From Candidatus Lloydbacteria bacterium RIFCSPHIGHO2_02_FULL_50_18 (GTDB lineage Bacteria > Patescibacteriota > Minisyncoccia > Phycocordibacterales > UBA6899): 64,000 nt of DNA. The notes beneath the pieces are model-generated. The model ran no database searches and was not told the DNA's origin. It saw nothing but the letters and a program-made list of their open reading frames with translations. Positions 37,808 to 48,331 of this stretch are shown in pieces; position 1 is the first letter of the stretch, and every line of letters begins with the position of its first letter. The DNA lies in the NCBI GenBank assembly GCA_001821395.1, contig MHLM01000001.1:128001-192000 (forward strand), in the 5' to 3' direction. A program made the position numbers and the translations under genes.

Positions 37808-39313
37808 ATGGCTGAAAAAAACACAACATCATCCGTAGAACGCTCGCCAATCGTCGTCATTATGGGTCACGTTGACCACGGAAAATCGACGCTTTTGGAC
37901 TACATCAGGAAAACGAATATCGTAGCTACTGAAGCGGGTGGTATTACCCAGCATATTTCCGCATATGAGGTAACCCACAAGGACGCAAAAGAAACGGAAA
38001 AGAGGATCACCTTCTTGGACACGCCGGGGCACGCAGCATTCCAAAGTATGCGCTCACGCGGGGCACGCGTTGCCGACATTGCCGTACTCGTCGTATCTGC
38101 GGAAGATGGAGTAAAGACTCAAACGATAGAGGCGCACAAGGCGATCGTAGAGGCGAAGATCCCCTACATCGTAGCAATCAACAAGATTGACAAGCCAAAT
38201 GCGAATATTGAGAAAACGAAACAGACACTCGCAGAAGCTGAGATATATATCGAGGGATACGGCGGCGACATTCCCTTTGTCCTGATCTCCGCAAAAACAG
38301 GGCAAGGAGTTCCGGAGCTGCTCGACATGATGCTGCTCATCGCAGAAATGAACGAACTCACCGGTGATACAAGCATCCCCGCAAAAGGTGTGATCATTGA
38401 ATCTAAGATGGATCCTAAAAAGGGTATTATTGCGACCGTCGTGATCACTGACGGCACATTAAACAAAGGGATGTTCGTCGTTGCCGAAGGGGCAATGACG
38501 CCCGTACGCGCGATCGAGAACTTCTTGGGAAAACCTCTGGAATCGGCAACATTCTCGTCCCCAATTCTCCTTTCAGGATGGACTGCCGTACCGAACGTCG
38601 GGGCAGAATTCACTGCACTGGAAAACAAAAAAGGGGCGGAGGCCTTGGTGGGACAAGCAAATCTCGTTAAAAAGATCGTTGTCAAAGACTCGTTACCGGC
38701 TGATGGAGTGCTCTTTCCCATCATCATCCGTGCCGATGTTGCTGGGTCGCTTGAAGCTATTGTTTCCGAGATAGGAAAACTGAAACATGAGCGGGTCATA
38801 TTAAAGGTCATCCAAAAGGGCGTCGGGGCCGTCAATGAAAGCGACATCAAACTTGCCTTTGGAACGAACAATCCCGTCGTGATCGCTTTTCACACAAAGG
38901 CTGACACGCCTGCGATCGATCTCGCTGCACGCACCGATGTCACCATCCATCAATTTGACGTCATCTATAAGCTAACCGAATGGCTTGAGGAAGAGATCAA
39001 GCGTCGCGCGCCGCATATCGAAATGGAAGAAAGACTCGGAGAATTCCGCATCATTCGCTGTTTCAGCCAACAAAAAAATCTTCAGGTTGTCGGTGGCGCC
39101 GTTCTATCGGGAAAAATGGTCAACGGTGCGAGGGTGAAGATCATGCGCCGCGAGGTTGAGATTGGGGAAGGAAAGGTCGTTGAACTGCAGTCACAAAAAG
39201 TGAAGGCGGCCGAAGTTCTTGAGGGCCATGAATGCGGGCTTCAGGTAGAATCCAAATTCACCCTTGCTGAACGCGATGTGCTTATCCCCTATATTATTGT
39301 CAAAAAACAATAA
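37808..39313 (+). CDS. infB: translation initiation factor IF-2 (short form lacking N-terminal extension)
   Basis: G-domain [25 protein letters not shown]; C-terminal beta-barrels. Confidence 0.9.
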   Translation: MAEKNTTSSVERSPIVVIMGHVDHGKSTLLDYIRKTNIVATEAGGITQHISAYEVTHKDAKETEKRITFLDTPGHAAFQSMRSRGARVADIAVLVVSAEDGVKTQTIEAHKAIVEAKIPYIVAINKIDKPNANIEKTKQTLAEAEIYIEGYGGDIPFVLISAKTGQGVPELLDMMLLIAEMNELTGDTSIPAKGVIIESKMDPKKGIIATVVITDGTLNKGMFVVAEGAMTPVRAIENFLGKPLESATFSSPILLSGWTAVPNVGAEFTALENKKGAEALVGQANLVKKIVVKDSLPADGVLFPIIIRADVAGSLEAIVSEIGKLKHERVILKVIQKGVGAVNESDIKLAFGTNNPVVIAFHTKADTPAIDLAARTDVTIHQFDVIYKLTEWLEEEIKRRAPHIEMEERLGEFRIIRCFSQQKNLQVVGGAVLSGKMVNGARVKIMRREVEIGEGKVVELQSQKVKAAEVLEGHECGLQVESKFTLAERDVLIPYIIVKKQ

Positions 39314-39451
39314 CATGATGGAACTTTCCCAAATGGCGAACTTCTTTGTTGCGGGTCCCCAGCGACTCGGTCAACATATCGGAATATGTCTTCCTCGTCC
39401 CCTTCCCCGCGTCGCGAATTTCATCCATTTGAGTAAGTTCCACTGCAAAAT

Positions 39452-39811
39452 ATGAGTAAGCTCAAACATCAGCGTGAGGAATTCATGCTCAAGGATCTCG
39501 CCGCGGATTTCCTTTCGCGTCAATCGAACAGAACTTCACTTATCACCGTCACGCGCGTGATTCTTTCTGACGACCAGAAACGCGTCGACATACTGTTATC
39601 TGTTCTTCCCAAAGAAGCAGAAAAGGCGGCACTCATTTTTGCTAATCGCATGACGACAGAATTCAAAGAATACATCAAAGCACACAGCAGAATCCGCATT
39701 CTTCCGAAGATACATTTTTCACCTGATTTCGGCGAGCAAAATCGACAGCGCATCCAAGAGCTCCTCGAACTTGTTGACGGTGAGCAAGAAACTGGAACTT
39801 CGCAAAAATAA
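39452..39811 (+). CDS. rbfA: ribosome-binding factor A
   Basis: KH-like fold motif ITVTRVILSDDQKRVDILLSV. Conserved infB-rbfA gene order. Confidence 0.8.
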   Translation: MSKLKHQREEFMLKDLAADFLSRQSNRTSLITVTRVILSDDQKRVDILLSVLPKEAEKAALIFANRMTTEFKEYIKAHSRIRILPKIHFSPDFGEQNRQRIQELLELVDGEQETGTSQK

Positions 39812-39830
39812 TTGGTATAGTTTGCGCTAT

Positions 39831-39902
39831 GGCGTAGTGGCGAAGTGGTAACGCATAGATCTGCAAAATCTACATGCACCGGTCCGATTCCGGTCTACGC
39901 CT
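39831..39902 (+). tRNA. tRNA-Cys (anticodon GCA), discriminator U73, unusual T-loop TCCGATT
   Basis: GGCGTAG..TAGAT-CTGCAAA-ATCTA..ACCGG-TCCGATT-CCGGT-CTACGCC-T. Confidence 0.65.
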
Positions 39903-39975
39903 CCCTAAAACATTTTGTTGCAAAATGTTCGGGCGATCATTTTGCAACAAAATGATTTAGCCATGAACAAATGCT

Positions 39976-40056
39976 GCCCGGGTGGTGAAATGGTATACAC
40001 AGGAGACTTAAAATCTCCCGTCGCAAGGCATGTGGGTTCGACTCCCACCCCGGGCA
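39976..40056 (+). tRNA. tRNA-Leu (anticodon TAA), long variable arm
   Basis: GCCCGGG..GGAGA-CTTAAAA-TCTCC-long arm-GTGGG-TTCGACT-CCCAC-CCCGGGC-A. Confidence 0.8.
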
Positions 40057-40118
40057 CAAAGTAAATAAATCCCTGATGGGATTTATTTACTTTGTGCCCG
40101 GGAGAAAGCAAGCTGCCT

Positions 40119-40221
40119 TGCTTTCGCGTGGGAGTCGAAGCCCGTTTCGTTATTTGCGAAGAATTCCTATTCTGAGAAAATCGAAATGGGGTGCTGACCC
40201 AGCAAAGATCGAACCTCCCAC
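40119..40221 (+). repeat. tRNA-3'-end-derived repeat unit (Leu-TAA locus)
   Basis: Starts GTGGGAGTCGAAGCCC, has internal AAGAATTCCTATTCTGAGAAAATCGAAATGGGGTGCTGACC and ends GATCGAACCTCCCAC. The ends GTGGGAG and CTCCCAC are complementary. Confidence 0.55.
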
Positions 40222-40643
40222 GTTAATAGTGTAAAATGAGTCAATGAATAAAAAGATCGTCGCATCACTGACTCTCTCAATCGTTGTTTCATTTCTGATA
40301 ATAGTTACTGTTTCGAATTATTTTGCTGAGAAAGAAATAGCGAACCAGCGCTCTGAATACACAACTCGAGGAATAGCCTTTGGCGAAACTCTTGCCCCGT
40401 AGGCATACCTTTTCCATATGCATGCATGGGGCTTTGTGTTCGTGAAACCAATATAAAAAATTTGCTTGTAGATGTGGTGATCTTTTGCATTCCCACATAC
40501 ATTCTTGTCTATGCTTTACTTGTTTTGATAGCCAAAAGAAGATCTCGAATAGGTGACGTTTCATCAAACGTAAATTAGCCCCAGTGTTCGAATCTATTGC
40601 GAATCTTCCTTGATTTGCTATGATAGCGAAGTTAGGGAAAATT

Positions 40644-40719
40644 GCCTTCGTAGCTCAGTTGGTAGAGCAGCTCGCTCTTAACGAGACGGTCGCAGGTTCG
40701 AATCCTGCCGGGGGCACCA
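40644..40719 (+). tRNA. tRNA-Lys (anticodon CTT), CCA encoded
   Basis: GCCTTCG..CTCG-CTCTTAA-CGAG..GCAGG-TTCGAAT-CCTGC-CGGGGGC-ACCA. The acceptor 3' end lies in a long palindrome that contains a terminator hairpin. Confidence 0.85.
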
Positions 40720-40784
40720 TAAAAAAATCCGCGACAAGCGGATTTTTTTATGGTGCCCCCGAAGAAGTGCCCTGCGGCACTTCT

Positions 40785-40881
40785 GGCAGGATTCGAAGCC
40801 GTTCTCCCATATTTCTGAATGATTCATATCATGAGGAAATGGGAAACGGGTACTGACGCAGTAGGCGTCGAAACTCCTGCC
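40785..40881 (+). repeat. tRNA-3'-end-derived repeat unit (Lys locus)
   Basis: Starts GGCAGGATTCGAAGCCGTTCTCCCATATTTCTGAA, has internal GGGTACTGACGCAGTAGGCG and ends TCGAAACTCCTGCC. Terminal inverted repeats are about 17 nt. Confidence 0.55.
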
Positions 40882-41090
40882 GTGAGATTTCAAAAGACTG
40901 AGTATATTTCGCATGCCTGCGCATGCAGGTCTTCAAAATACGAAACCCAACATGCAGAGCTTGTCTTCGTGTCCCCAATGGCATCGGTGTGATTTCGCAC
41001 TTGCGAACAAGTCTATGAGAACCCAACTGATGTCGGTTTATTCTTCCACTTCCCTTTTATCCAAATTCCAGTACTATAGCCCTACACCCT

Positions 41091-41172
41091 GCCCAGGTGG
41101 CGTAATTGGTAGCCGCGCCAGTCTTAGGAACTGGTCTCGCAAGAGGTGGAGGTTCAAGTCCTCTCCTGGGCA
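41091..41172 (+). tRNA. tRNA-Leu (anticodon TAG), long variable arm
   Basis: GCCCAGG..CCAGT-CTTAGGA-ACTGG-long arm-GGAGG-TTCAAGT-CCTCT-CCTGGGC-A. Confidence 0.8.
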
Positions 41173-41226
41173 CAAAGAAAACCGCGTAAGCGGTTTTTGT
41201 GTGCCCAGAGCGACTGAATACTACAA

Positions 41227-41333
41227 AGAGTACTTCATTTTTCTAAAGCAGAATACTGCTAAGAAAAATTGGTCGCACCACAGAGAGTACTTCATTTTTC
41301 TAGAGCAGAATACTGCTAAGAAAAATTGGTCGC
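41227..41333 (+). repeat. tandem direct repeat, 2 x 50 bp (period 57 bp), nested inside an 8-bp inverted repeat (cgactgaa / ttcagtcg)
   Basis: agagtacttcatttttcta[a/g]agcagaatactgctaagaaaaattggtcgc occurs twice with a single mismatch. Confidence 0.7.
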
Positions 41334-41347
41334 TGCTTCAGTCGCGC

Positions 41348-41430
41348 GAGAGGACTTGAAGCCGTTCTCCTGTATTTTTGAAGATTTCTTAATCTGACAG
41401 GTAGCCCAAATCTTGCACGCCAGTCTCTAC
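41348..41430 (+). repeat. tRNA-3'-end-derived repeat unit (Leu-TAG locus)
   Basis: Starts GAGAGGACTTGAAGCCGTTCTCC (shares the GAAGCCGTTCTCC core with the Lys and Tyr units) and ends GCCAGTCTCTAC. Confidence 0.5.
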
Positions 41431-41458
41431 GTAATCATCATGGATAGATTCATGATGA

Positions 41459-44400
41459 TCATTCATTTCCCATCAATTCGTTTATTTTAGCCGAAGTGGT
41501 TTTACCAACATATCCGGTCCCCCTAACAAGACCCCAGGGCGCTAAAACATCTTCGGTATATTTTTCTTGGAATTTTATAACTGCTTTATAAGTCAAGAGG
41601 CCGAAATAATCAGTTTCCTTACCCGGAGAGCCAACACCCGAATCAGCCAATCGAGTATCGGGGTCGGAATTGAGGAAAATTTGCAAGCGTTTTATGTCTG
41701 CATTTGTTTGTCGGTATTGTCGGTATTGAGTAAATGGGTTAGTAAATGGCAAAATATTTATTCGCAAATTTTCCGTTACAGTAGTACCCGATCTTAGAAC
41801 GATTATGCTTGAAGCAGTATCTGATGATCTGCCGTAGGCAGTGTAAAATTTAACATAAACGGTATATTGTCCATCCGGACAGATTAGATTTTTAAGTGTA
41901 CCGCCAAATTTTGAGCATAAGTCCCATAGCTTGAAGGCGACATAATCTTCTCGGCTGGCATCAGTGAAATCTCCAGTCATTGAAATCGCCAATTGCTTGA
42001 TGTCCATTCCCGCATTAAAACCAAGTATGACATTTCTATTTGACGTTGTGCTTGATCCGGAATTTACAAAAACCTTAAATCCACCTGTCGGCGTTATCGG
42101 CAAATTACTCCAACCTGCTGGCATACCACCTCCCCCACTTGAAGTTACAGCAGGAGTTACTAAGACGGCGTCCCAAATCAAAGTAAAATTATGAGAGTTG
42201 GAATTTCCGACGTTATCTGAGGCAGTAAAACTGATTACATAAGTTCCGTTAGTATCGACTGAGATAGTTGTGCTCGACGCGGTACCGTCTCCAAACGTTA
42301 CCGCACCAGGTCCTGAAACTTTTGCCCACTGATAAGTTGAAGCGTTCATATCGCTCCCGGAATCTGAAGCTGCAGCGACTTGAGTAAATGTAGCTCCTTT
42401 ATTTTGATCATCTCCAGCACTAATGGTGGGATTTTGTTTATCAATTTTTATGATATTTGACGATTCTGTGTTCTCAATATTCCCTAAATTATCTACTGAG
42501 TAGTACCTTATATATTGCTGACAACTAGAACCTGAGTCACACGACAAACTAACACTTGTTCCTTCAGTGGTTGGCACGCAGCTATTATTAGTGTCAACGC
42601 AATAATATGTATGCGCTATTCCGCTTCCGCTATTATCAGACGGGTTCAAATTAATAGTAAGATCTGAACTATGCCAATTATCATCAGCATTATCGGTTGT
42701 AGTTGGAGACGTATTTCCCACTACAATCGATTCATTAAATGAAACGCTCCAATCGTAAAGGGGCAGTCCGGTACTGCCTGAAGATGGCGATACGCTCGTA
42801 TCTGTATCTCGAATATTACCACCTACGGCAGTAGCATCGCCGGCTTGTGCGCACCAAGATGCAACAACATAGCAACTCCAGGCGTATCTCAAATGTTGAT
42901 CTGTGCCAGTCGGCGTATCACTTAGAGTAATTTTTACTTGACTGTTATTATTTATAAGTTCTACTGAATCTATTGAAACACTATTGCCACCAGCCTGTGT
43001 AAATTCAAACCCATAATCAGGACGCTCCGCAACGTTGGCAGTATCAATAGCTAATGTTCCATAAGGGATATTATAATTGGCGATTATTACGTTACTCGAT
43101 CTCAAAATCGATGATGGCATGAGGGGATTCCAAGTCTGTCCCTCAAACAATACTTTATCCATAACTTTTGCAAACATCTCTCCCATTTTTTTTCTTGGGT
43201 ATTCACGTCCATATGGAGCTTGTCCGACCGATAATGATATTGATACTTTGGCTGGACCAAAATAATTTTTCCGGGATTATCTATATGCGCGTTTAATTGT
43301 GCTTCAGCTATTTCCCCCGTTGGCGCGGAATTCATTTGATTTATAAATAATGGGATAGTGTCGTTACGGCTAGTCAGAGTATTAAGATCGGTTTCATAAT
43401 CCAACTGCCATTCTTCAAGATAACTTTTATAATTTGCTCCGGCACCACCCACATAATCACTTTCTCCGTGAATTGAAGTAACTGCGATGGGTCGATACAG
43501 CTCGCCTAGCGTACTCTCAACGTAAGTTTTAGTTACACTTGCCTGTGTCATACCCTTGTTATACCAAGATGTCCCCTTTTTTAAACCACTGTAGTTAGTT
43601 CCACCATGTGCATGGAGGCCAACGACAATTGGACTGAGAAGATCTTCATACGCATGAAGGCTATTGGCCATTCCTGATGAGATTGTTTCCACATTACCGC
43701 CCTCTCCTTGCCCAGACTCAATTAATGGTATGAGCGGAGCAGCTGTTCCTTCAACTCCGGGGGTAAGCATAAGATTATTATAAGGCTGCGTAACGCTTAT
43801 AGGCGGTGAAGCATAATAAACTACGGCCAGACTTTGCCCCGTTGACAATATCTGATAGTAGGTTGTTTGCTCATTTACCGCGAAGGAAACAGTCCCGGAA
43901 TTATTTGTAAGAGCAGGAGTTGCTGACACGCTTATTATATGAGGAGACCCACTCGTACTTGTAGGTGTATAGGTGAATGTTTTTGCATCTGACGAACCGG
44001 ACCACGACAACGAAGTTGGCGCAAACGTTCCGGCACCAGTTGATGACGATGTAATCGTGCCGGTATATTCGCCATCAGGCGTCACAATAAAATTACCGGA
44101 TGCTGTAGCCATCGTGCCAGACGACGGGCCGGCAAAAGTAAATGATGTAGCGGGTGGCGCAAGGGTGACGACTGAAAATTCAGAACTGTCTGCGGTTGCA
44201 GGGACGCCATCGGTAACCCTGAGCTTGTAATAATAAATCGTAGCGGGAGATAGTCCGGTATCTGATAATGTGAGCGATGTTTGTCCGCTTAAAATATTCC
44301 CAACACCCGGCGTAAAACCGCTGCTTATGCTACGGTACCACTGATAAATATAGGGTGCTATTCCTCCTGTTGCTTCCGAAGATGAAAGATCGATACTTGA

Positions 44401-45189
44401 ATCTGTTTTCTCCATTAAACTAATTGAGCCGGCGCTAAAAGTAGAAAACGGATATTCAAGCCCTGTGCCCGAATTGTATAAACTCGTGATCTCATCTGGA
44501 GTTAGTATTTTTTTCCAAAAACCAACAGAATCAATGCGCCCGTCCAAATACATTGTAGCACCAGAAGCCTGAAATCTCCCGATTGTAAATGCTGCGCTAG
44601 TATTTGCCGGCTCGGAACCGGCGACGCTTGTATTGGTATACGTATTATTAACAGTTATGGTATTAGTATGAGTGGTAGCATTGTGGCTACATGTGAGAAA
44701 ATACCATTGGCCAATCTGGACTCCCCCCGTTGGAGTCACATATGCATCTACCGATGGAAAAGTAGAACAGCGAAACGTGTCGGAACTAACACCGTAATAC
44801 AAAGCATATTCTCCGGTGCTGCCATATTTTCCAACAAACGTCATATTTGTTGATTTGGTATCAAGATAGACCCATGCAGAAATAGTAAAATCTATACCGC
44901 CTATACTCAAACTGGGATTATCAACGATGCTTAAATATTCTGAGTTAGCCATAGTTAACTGCGCAGAATTTCCAAGTTTGCCAACTCCTTGAGTCACCGT
45001 ATTGTTGTCGGTCAGATTATTTGAACTAACACTATCTGCTCGCGTACCACTTACCTCATCTAATTTCCAATAAGAAATAAGTGATGTGGATAAATCCGTT
45101 GCAAAAACATGAGAGAAAAATTGTGTGTACAACGACACCGAAATTAAAAGCAGGGCAAATATTTTAAAATTTTTTCGAAAGGTTTTCAT
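41459..45189 (-). CDS. large secreted surface protein (about 1250 aa if read through): signal peptide, LamG-like lectin domain, Ig/FN3-like region, SASA/sialate-O-acetylesterase-like (SGNH) domain, beta-rich repeats, C-terminal peptidoglycan-binding domain. Interrupted by a frameshift at an A8 tract at 43186-43193, giving ORFs 43102-45189 and 41459-43186.
   Basis: N-terminus MKTFRKNFKIFALLLISVSL is a signal peptide. LamG segments FTISAWVYLD and GRIDSVGFWKKILTPDEITSLYNSG. Esterase motifs GQSLAV, HGESDY and DKLHMD. Adding one A to the coding-strand A8 run joins ...DKLHMDVNTQEKK to MGEMFAKVMDKV..., restoring the SASA C-terminal consensus. C-terminal PG_binding-like segment DIKRLQIFLNSDPDTRLADSGVGSPGKETDYFGLLTYKAVIKFQ. 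Confidence 0.55.
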
Positions 45190-45523
45190 AATTCGTTACT
45201 CTTTCGCCATTGAAGATATATCATAAAATGATGGTTTTTAAAAAAATATTTTGTAAACACTTTCCAAAAAATCACCACCAACACAACCAACGATGAACCA
45301 CCACCACCCGGCTTACGCCGCAAAGTATTGTAGGGCGAATAAAAGCTAAGGCCGTGGTGAATTCACCAAGCCCGAAAAAAATTAACCCCTTGCTCATTTT
45401 AGCCCAAAATATTTCGTATTTTGTTTCTAATCTTGTATCTCTTGTTCGTATTGTACCATATTTTTCCAAGTCAAAGACAAAATCGCCAATATTGAATTAG
45501 CCGCTTACCTCCTCTCAAAACCC

Positions 45524-45551
45524 TTGACTTTTCCCCTATTTTTGCTATAAT
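45524..45551 (+). promoter_or_regulatory. sigma70-like promoter (TTGACT, 16-nt spacer, TATAAT) upstream of the 45620 gene, with AGGAG RBS at 45607
   Basis: cccTTGACTtttcccctatttttgcTATAATgctgac. A consensus -35/-10 pair of this quality is rare in the window. Confidence 0.55.
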
Positions 45552-45619
45552 GCTGACAGATATTTTCGTACTATCCGTAAGGGTAGATTGACACTTTCAT
45601 AGTTTTTTTAGGAGCTACC

Positions 45620-46606
45620 ATGACTATTTCTGAAAGCACCTTAGACAAGGTCGGCGCAATGGGCGCTGCATTCTCTCTCATTGACCTCATTCGCGGGTTC
45701 AGCCATGGAGGCGTTCACGTCGGCGGAGGCACGGGCGGAGTAGGTTTTCTTACTTCTCTTCTCACTGTGCTCGTCAGAGTATGGGAAGAAAAAGGCGGGA
45801 GCATGAAAGACGAAAGCGAAATGCTCGAGTCAATGTTTGCAAACCCGCAAGCAAAGAATGAAAAACTCACACCGCAGGAACGTACCAAGATCGCGGCCGT
45901 CATCAAGGCGATGACTCCGGCAGAGCAGAAAGTGTTCCGCATCGCAATTTTTGTGATGGACCCCGATGTGACGACGATCGAAGTACCGGAGAAAAAAGAC
46001 AAGGACGGCAAAGTCATCGCTGTAGCCGGAAAACGAACCGAAAAAACGGGAATTGATCCTCGGGTCAATGTCCTGCACGGTATCGCCGAGCACGTCCATG
46101 ACAACCTCGATAACGTCACCGAAGTGGCCGAATTACTTCGCGGTACGGGGGCGCTGGGTGGAAACAACGAGGCACTTAAGTTTCTCGTCAAGGTACAAGT
46201 AGAGCTCAAAAAGCTTCTTTGCACGTTCTTCGGGGTCGAATCCGTCGATCTTATCACCTTCGACATGGTCAAAGAAAAGGCAACCGTGCTCATCGGAAAT
46301 ATCGGTGTGCCGAATGCCAATTTGCCGGGACCTCCGGTCGGTCCGCTCATGCGAGTGGGTCGCCTCATCACGCCGGGGAGTTATCGCAATGCTCCTGCAT
46401 CGAAAAGCGTGAAGTCCAAGAAAGAGGTAAGGTCGACGAGCCTGCTGAAGATGTTTGCAGTGGTAGCATGTATCACCGGCATCCTCGCTTACGGCTTGTA
46501 CTTCGGAGCTTCAAAGTACCGAGCGTACCAAAGAGATACTGAGATTGACAACATCATCAACGCGTATCAACCGACCAAAACGTCGGCTGAGCAGCCGATG
46601 AAATAG
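45620..46606 (+). CDS. hypothetical protein (328 aa) with Gly-rich N-terminal hydrophobic segment and C-terminal TM anchor
   Basis: No recognisable domain. Its stop lies 18 nt before the next gene, consistent with an operon. Confidence 0.5.
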   Translation: MTISESTLDKVGAMGAAFSLIDLIRGFSHGGVHVGGGTGGVGFLTSLLTVLVRVWEEKGGSMKDESEMLESMFANPQAKNEKLTPQERTKIAAVIKAMTPAEQKVFRIAIFVMDPDVTTIEVPEKKDKDGKVIAVAGKRTEKTGIDPRVNVLHGIAEHVHDNLDNVTEVAELLRGTGALGGNNEALKFLVKVQVELKKLLCTFFGVESVDLITFDMVKEKATVLIGNIGVPNANLPGPPVGPLMRVGRLITPGSYRNAPASKSVKSKKEVRSTSLLKMFAVVACITGILAYGLYFGASKYRAYQRDTEIDNIINAYQPTKTSAEQPMK

Positions 46607-46624
46607 GTCTCAAGGAGAAATCTC

Positions 46625-48247
46625 ATGAGTTTATGGAAAAAAGCAGGCTACGGCCTTTTGGGAATTTCGGCCATTCTCGGTCGAAGGACCCTCTCGTCCG
46701 CATACGACCGCCAGATCGAGGGCATTACCGACGCGCATATCAAATATGTCGGCGGCGCAATGCTCTTCGGAGTTTGCGGTCTCGTGCTTAACTTCATCTT
46801 TTTGATGAATGGGATGCACGGCATGCAAACAGCGCTCTTCGGAGTTATCTGTCTTGCGTCACTGTATTACATGATCGCGCCAAAAATGAGCATTCCGCTC
46901 ATCATCGCGGCCGCAGCGGTTCATGCCGGAGAGGCGAAAGATCAAGCGAAGCTCAAACTGCTCGGCGACGGAGTGAAAGACATTGTCAATCTGGCAAGTC
47001 TGGCACTCTTTTGGATCGGTGTGTACATCGTCGGAACGATCATTGCCCCATGGGACTTGAGTTGGGAATTCTTTCTTTTCCTTCACATGTTCATCATCAT
47101 GGCACTACTGCTCTTTGTGAGCGGCAAGGCATCGGTCAGCACGAAAGTGTACGATAATTGCTTCAAGTTCACCATTGCTGTGATCGTTGTCAGCGTACTC
47201 ACGATCGCAATCGGACGTGAGCACGTAGGACCATTATGGGCGCAATTCTCCGCAAGCAAAACTTCTCGTATCGAGGCCAAGTTGAACGCAAGTTCGATTA
47301 AGACCGCAGACGAAGCGTCAGCCGAGTGGATTGAGAAGAATGTTCACATCGATAAGCGGACCGGTGAGCAATTCGTCATCGTTACCGACAAGGTCACCGG
47401 CAAACAAAAACCGGTCGCCGCACAGCCCTACATTGAGAGGGAGAAGCAACGCAGGAACGAAACCATCCGCTCGGTCACGGAAAAAGGCGGAAAGACCAAT
47501 GCGACAAACACGAGACAGGATAATAAGGGAGGTTACTTCTCTTATGAATACTGGAACGCAAAAGCGCATGAATGGTCGGAATCCTGGGGGGTACCACTCT
47601 TCGTCGGCATCATTGCAGTATTGGCAATGGTCGTGGCACACTTCATTCCCGTCATCTGGGGAGGAAAGAAACTCTTTGGAAAGTCAGGTACTGAAACGGC
47701 AAAGGTTGTTAGTACGCCGAAGGAGTCCGGAAACGGACTTGTTGCCACATTACTCGTTGCGGGTGCTCTCGTGTATATTGGCTTTCAGTATACGCAAGGT
47801 GAACGAGGAGCAAAAGCCAATATGGCACCGCAAACAAGCGTTGCGACATATGCCACACTAAAGAAAGGAGATGCCGGTCTGTGGATGGCCTACTGGAGTG
47901 ACATGAACGGGCACTCCATTTACAGACTTCCTCAAGATAGATGGCATGGGCGAACTGTTTCGCTTTTGCCAGGCAGCTCTGTTTCGAATGTGTCCGACAT
48001 CACGCTTGTTTTTGATCCTAATGATCCAAGTACCAATATCTCATTTAACGGAGATTGCGTTGCCGGTAGCTACGATATTCAAAAAGAGTGCGTCGGATAC
48101 TGGAGAACAGAAGTGGGGTCCGGTACTTTCAGGCTTGAATGGTGGGGAAGCCAGGAAACATTCCACATTGCACTGTTTCCGGGACAACTGCCGGCAAAAG
48201 GACAGGCACAAGCCATCAAGGAGATACGCTTCGTAAAAAAACAATGA
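46625..48247 (+). CDS. hypothetical polytopic membrane protein (540 aa; about 6 N-terminal TM, soluble insert, 2 more TM, C-terminal beta-rich domain)
   Basis: Hydrophobicity pattern only. Followed by a bidirectional terminator at 48278-48312. Confidence 0.5.
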   Translation: MSLWKKAGYGLLGISAILGRRTLSSAYDRQIEGITDAHIKYVGGAMLFGVCGLVLNFIFLMNGMHGMQTALFGVICLASLYYMIAPKMSIPLIIAAAAVHAGEAKDQAKLKLLGDGVKDIVNLASLALFWIGVYIVGTIIAPWDLSWEFFLFLHMFIIMALLLFVSGKASVSTKVYDNCFKFTIAVIVVSVLTIAIGREHVGPLWAQFSASKTSRIEAKLNASSIKTADEASAEWIEKNVHIDKRTGEQFVIVTDKVTGKQKPVAAQPYIEREKQRRNETIRSVTEKGGKTNATNTRQDNKGGYFSYEYWNAKAHEWSESWGVPLFVGIIAVLAMVVAHFIPVIWGGKKLFGKSGTETAKVVSTPKESGNGLVATLLVAGALVYIGFQYTQGERGAKANMAPQTSVATYATLKKGDAGLWMAYWSDMNGHSIYRLPQDRWHGRTVSLLPGSSVSNVSDITLVFDPNDPSTNISFNGDCVAGSYDIQKECVGYWRTEVGSGTFRLEWWGSQETFHIALFPGQLPAKGQAQAIKEIRFVKKQ

Positions 48248-48277
48248 ACGTTCTTTTGCTCACAAGAGCAAAGACCA

Positions 48278-48312
48278 AGGCATGATTGCCTTGGTCTTTT
48301 TTTTAAAAAACA
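48278..48312. terminator. bidirectional intrinsic terminator between convergent genes
   Basis: aaagaccaaggcaatcatgccttggtctttttttt. The stem is perfect and flanked by A-run and T-run. Confidence 0.6.
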
Positions 48313-48331
48313 AAGTATTCAGACCTACGCC

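Noticed and set aside
39905-40111. 68-aa minus-strand ORF
   Set aside because: It lies entirely antisense to tRNA-Leu(TAA) and the palindromes after tRNA-Cys. Spurious.
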